Shown here in pieces: positions 61,011 to 64,000 of a stretch of DNA of 64,000 nt. Numbering within the stretch: position 1 is the stretch's first letter; the number at the start of each line of letters is the position of its first letter. The notes beneath the pieces are model-generated. The model saw only the letters and a list, made by a program, of their open reading frames with translations. It was not told where the DNA came from and did no database searches. Position numbers and translations under genes: made by a program. This stretch comes from Oceanicola sp. GTDB taxonomy: Bacteria > Pseudomonadota > Alphaproteobacteria > Rhodobacterales > Rhodobacteraceae. The stretch spans positions 192,626-256,625 of the forward strand of contig CP051231.1 of the NCBI GenBank assembly GCA_017792405.1, given 5' to 3'.

Positions 61011-62018
61011 ATGATCGAGACCCCCTATCTTCTTTTCCTCGGAGACGCCCCGGATGCGCTGGCCGCGAAGGTGGCTCAAGGCATCAAGGATTGGCGGCCG
61101 GACAATGCGGTGGGCCAGCTGAGGCTCGACGGCTGCAAGGCCGACATGAAGCTCACCGACATGACCATCGAAGAAGCCGTCGCGGCGGGCGCAAAGACGC
61201 TGGTGATCGGCGTGGCCAACCGGGGCGGCACCATCAGCCAGGCGTGGATGGACGTGCTGGAAAAGGCGCTGATTGCCGGGATGGACTTGGCCTCGGGCCT
61301 GCACAACCTGCTCAAGCATGAGCCGACCCTCGTGGCGCTGGCCGAGGAGCATGGCCGCCAACTGCATGACGTGCGCATCCCCAGCGTGAAATACCCCATC
61401 GCCAACGGCGAGCCGCGCAAGGGCATGCGCCTGCTGGCGGTGGGCACCGATTGCTCGGTGGGCAAGATGTATACCACCATCGCGATGGACGCCGAGGCCA
61501 AGGCACGGGGAATGAAGTCGAATTTCCGGGCGACGGGGCAGACGGGCATCCTGATCACCGGCAACGGCGTGCCGCTCGACGCGGTGATCGCCGACTTCAT
61601 GGCGGGCTCCATCGAGTGGCTGACCCCCGACAACGACCCCGACCATTGGGACATGATCGAGGGGCAGGGCAGCCTGTTTCACCCCAGCTACAGCGGCGTG
61701 ACGCTGGCGCTGGTGCATGGCGGCGCGCCCGATGCTCTGGTGCTCTGCCACGAGCCGACGCGGCCCCATATGCGCGGCCTGCCGGGCTATGAGCTGCCGA
61801 CGCTGGAGGCGCTTCGCGACGTGTCGCTGACGATGGCGCGGGTGGTGAACCCCGGCTGCGAGGTGATCGGCATTTCGATCAACACCCAGCACATGAGCGA
61901 GGCGGAGGCCGAGGCCTATCTGGCAGAGGTCGAGGCGCAGATGGGCCTGCCCACGGTGGACCCGTTCCGGCAGGGTGCGGGCCGTCTGGTGGATGCCCTT
62001 CCGGCGCCGAAAGCCTGA
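61011..62018 (+). CDS. dgcN: DUF1611-family D-glutamate N-acetyltransferase
   Basis: PYLLFLGD, ASGLH, GTDCSVGKM, ATGQTG and IEGQGSLFHPSYSGV; upstream of dgcA. Confidence 0.85.
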   Translation: MIETPYLLFLGDAPDALAAKVAQGIKDWRPDNAVGQLRLDGCKADMKLTDMTIEEAVAAGAKTLVIGVANRGGTISQAWMDVLEKALIAGMDLASGLHNLLKHEPTLVALAEEHGRQLHDVRIPSVKYPIANGEPRKGMRLLAVGTDCSVGKMYTTIAMDAEAKARGMKSNFRATGQTGILITGNGVPLDAVIADFMAGSIEWLTPDNDPDHWDMIEGQGSLFHPSYSGVTLALVHGGAPDALVLCHEPTRPHMRGLPGYELPTLEALRDVSLTMARVVNPGCEVIGISINTQHMSEAEAEAYLAEVEAQMGLPTVDPFRQGAGRLVDALPAPKA

Positions 62019-62035
62019 GCCGGCCACGGGCGCGG

Positions 62036-62056
62036 GGGTGGGCAACACGTCCACCC
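62036..62056. repeat. REP-related hairpin after dgcN
   Basis: GGGTGGGC-AACAC-GTCCACCC; same stem as the REP copies but no CTAC/GTAG end. Confidence 0.45.
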
Positions 62057-62071
62057 GGCGCCCTTGGCAAA

Positions 62072-62199
62072 CCTTAACGCGGCGTGCGGTGACGGTGGGG
62101 TAACGGCTTGGAGGTGTGCGGAGATCCGCACATACACAAGTGATGCACATCCCATGCACATCCGATGCATATCGCACTCGCAGAAAACCTGCGTTAACC
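62072..62199. repeat. Intergenic element copy 2: four AT(G/A)CA(C/T)A units at 11-bp period with TTAAC modules
   Basis: Units at 62132, 62143, 62154 and 62165; CCTTAACGC at 62072-62080 and GCGTTAACC at 62191-62199. Confidence 0.85.
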
Positions 62200-62228
62200 T
62201 CGCGGGACGGCAAGTTTGGAGAGCCTTC

Positions 62229-63194
62229 ATGGAGATCACCGCCAGAACAGAACAATTTGCGCTGAGCGTGCCTTTCACCATCTCGCGCGGCACCAAGGTG
62301 GCCGCCGATGTGGTGACGGTGGAGGTGCGCGAGGGCGGCGCGGTCGGGCGCGGCGAATGTGTGCCCTATGCTCGCTACGGCGAGAGCCTCTCCAGCGTGA
62401 TGGATCAGATCAAGGGGCTGCCCGAGAAGGTCTCGCGCGGTGATCTGCCCCGGCTGCTGCCGAGCGGCGCGGCCCGCAATGCGGTGGATTGCGCGCTGTG
62501 GGATCTGGAGGCCAAGCAGCGCGGCGAGCGGGTGTGGGCCTTGGCGAGCCTCAAGGAGCCGGGGCCGGAAATTTGCGCCTACACGCTGTCGCTCGGGGAG
62601 CCGGAGGAGATGGAGCTGGCGGCGCGGGAGAACGCGCATCGCCCGTTGTTGAAGATCAAGCTGGGCACGCCGGAAGACATGCCCCGGCTGGAGGCGGTGC
62701 GCCGGGGTGCGCCGCGTTCGCGGCTGATCGTGGATGCCAACGAGGGCTGGTCGGCGGAGATTTACTCCGATCTGGCCCCGCATCTGCTGCGGCTCGGCGT
62801 GAACCTCGTGGAGCAGCCGGTGCCTGCCGATCAGGACGAGAGCCTCGTGGGGCTGATCAAGCCGGTGCCGATCTGCGCCGATGAGAGCTGCCATGACCGG
62901 GGGAGCCTGAAGCACCTGAAGGGCAAATACGATGTGATCAACATCAAGCTCGACAAGACCGGCGGGCTGACCGAGGCGCTGGCGCTGAAGCGGGCGGCGA
63001 TGGAAGAGGGCTATGGCATCATGGTCGGCTGCATGGTGGGCACGAGCCTCGGCATGGCGCCTGCGGTGCTGGTCGCCCAAGGCGTCGGGTTCACCGACCT
63101 CGACGGGCCGCTGCTGCTGAAAGAGGATCGTATGCCGCCGCTGGCCTATGACGGGCGGGGGGTGCATCCCTCCCAGGCGGCGCTCTGGGGATGA
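62229..63194 (+). CDS. dgcA: N-acetyl-D-Glu racemase / L-Ala-D/L-Glu epimerase (enolase superfamily)
   Basis: FTISRG, GECVPY, KIKLG, DANEGW, EQP, DES, KLDKTGG and DLDG. Start set at MEITARTE. Confidence 0.88.
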   Translation: MEITARTEQFALSVPFTISRGTKVAADVVTVEVREGGAVGRGECVPYARYGESLSSVMDQIKGLPEKVSRGDLPRLLPSGAARNAVDCALWDLEAKQRGERVWALASLKEPGPEICAYTLSLGEPEEMELAARENAHRPLLKIKLGTPEDMPRLEAVRRGAPRSRLIVDANEGWSAEIYSDLAPHLLRLGVNLVEQPVPADQDESLVGLIKPVPICADESCHDRGSLKHLKGKYDVINIKLDKTGGLTEALALKRAAMEEGYGIMVGCMVGTSLGMAPAVLVAQGVGFTDLDGPLLLKEDRMPPLAYDGRGVHPSQAALWG

Positions 63195-63967
63195 GCCTGC
63201 CCGCCCGCCGCCTGCCCGCACCGCCGGGCCGCTTTGCGGTGATTGCCGACATTCACGGCAATGCCGATGCGCTGGAGGCGGTGCTGGCGGAGATCGACCG
63301 GGAGGGGCTGGGCTATATCGTGAACCTTGGCGACCATCTGAGCGGGCCGATGGACTCTGCGGGCGTGGCGGCGCAGTTGATGGCGCGGCCCGGGATGGTT
63401 TGCATCCGGGGCAACCATGACCGCTACCTGCTGGAAGATCCGCTGGAGCAGATGAGCGCGACCGACCGGGTGAGCCGGGAGGCGCTGGGCGCGGCCGAGA
63501 TGGGCTGGCTCCGGGCGCTGCCGGTGACGGCGTGGCTTGGGGAGGATGTGTATCTCTGCCATGCGCGGCCGGCGGTGGATGATGAGTATCTGATGGAAGT
63601 GATCGACGGCGAGGGTGTGGCGCGGCGGGCGGCGGAAGACGTGGCGGCCGACCTGGAGGGTGTCGACGCCGGCTTGGTGCTGTGTGGGCATTCGCATTTG
63701 CAGGGCGCGCTGGAGGTTGGTGGGCGGCTGGTGGTGAACCCCGGCTCCGTGGGCTGCCCGGCCTATACCGATGCCGAGCCTGCGCCCCATGCGGTGGAGA
63801 ACGGCTCGCCCGATGCGAAATGGGCGGTGGTGGCGCGGGGCCGCGCGGGCTGGGAGGCGGAGTTCAGGGCCACGCCCTATGACACCGCCCGGATGATCGC
63901 GATGGCGCGGGCCTATGGCCGGGACGACTGGGCGCGGGCGGTGGAGACCGGCTGGATCAGGAGATAG
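63191..63967 (+). CDS. Calcineurin-like metallophosphoesterase
   Basis: IADIHGN, LGD, GNHD, GHSH and NPGSVG; ATGA overlap with dgcA. Confidence 0.9.
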   Translation: MSLPARRLPAPPGRFAVIADIHGNADALEAVLAEIDREGLGYIVNLGDHLSGPMDSAGVAAQLMARPGMVCIRGNHDRYLLEDPLEQMSATDRVSREALGAAEMGWLRALPVTAWLGEDVYLCHARPAVDDEYLMEVIDGEGVARRAAEDVAADLEGVDAGLVLCGHSHLQGALEVGGRLVVNPGSVGCPAYTDAEPAPHAVENGSPDAKWAVVARGRAGWEAEFRATPYDTARMIAMARAYGRDDWARAVETGWIRR

Positions 63968-63970
63968 CTC

Positions 63971-63997
63971 GGATGGTGGGCAGGTTGTCCACCCTAC
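63971..63997. repeat. REP-like hairpin (GTAG type), copy 2
   Basis: GGATGGTGGGCAGGTTGTCCACCCTAC; its reverse complement reads GTAG-GGTGGACA-ACC-TGCCCACC. Confidence 0.72.
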
Positions 63998-64000
63998 TTG

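Noticed and set aside
62064-62228. N-terminal extension of DgcA from TTG 62064 given by the ORF track
   Set aside because: It runs through the repeat element and has no enolase-family similarity; homolog-like sequence begins at MEITARTE (62229).

Overview
The window is GC-rich (roughly two-thirds G+C by eye), gene-dense and almost certainly chromosomal DNA from a Rhodobacteraceae/Roseobacter-type alphaproteobacterium. This assignment rests on the gene set and order: pckA-chvI-chvG-hprK-rapZ-EIIA-HPr, etfAB, parC, tuf, tRNA-Trp, ETF-QO, ispE/ispB, phaAB, argH-lysA-TIGR02302, ftsEX, accA, mcl and dgcN-dgcA. I found no transposase, integrase, prophage, CRISPR array or defence system, so most of the window is ordinary core genome. 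The best candidate for something undescribed is non-coding: an intergenic element with four ATGCA(C/T)A units spaced exactly 11 bp apart, present twice about 30 kb apart (31881-31920 and 62132-62171, 36/40 identical). Both copies are flanked by TTAAC-containing modules in swapped order, and both sit upstream of genes that end in a GTAG-type REP hairpin. Other leads are three tandem micro-lipoproteins plus a membrane-anchored ClpP/S49-like protein between argH and lysA, a tandem pair of secreted DUF3859-like paralogs, an iorAB-zntB block between tuf and tRNA-Trp with short tRNA-3'-like fragments at its left edge, and candidate PhaR-, LacI/CceR- and CtrA-type sites. Many ORF-track starts were moved to better-supported downstream starts. 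All family names come from motif recognition, not database searches.
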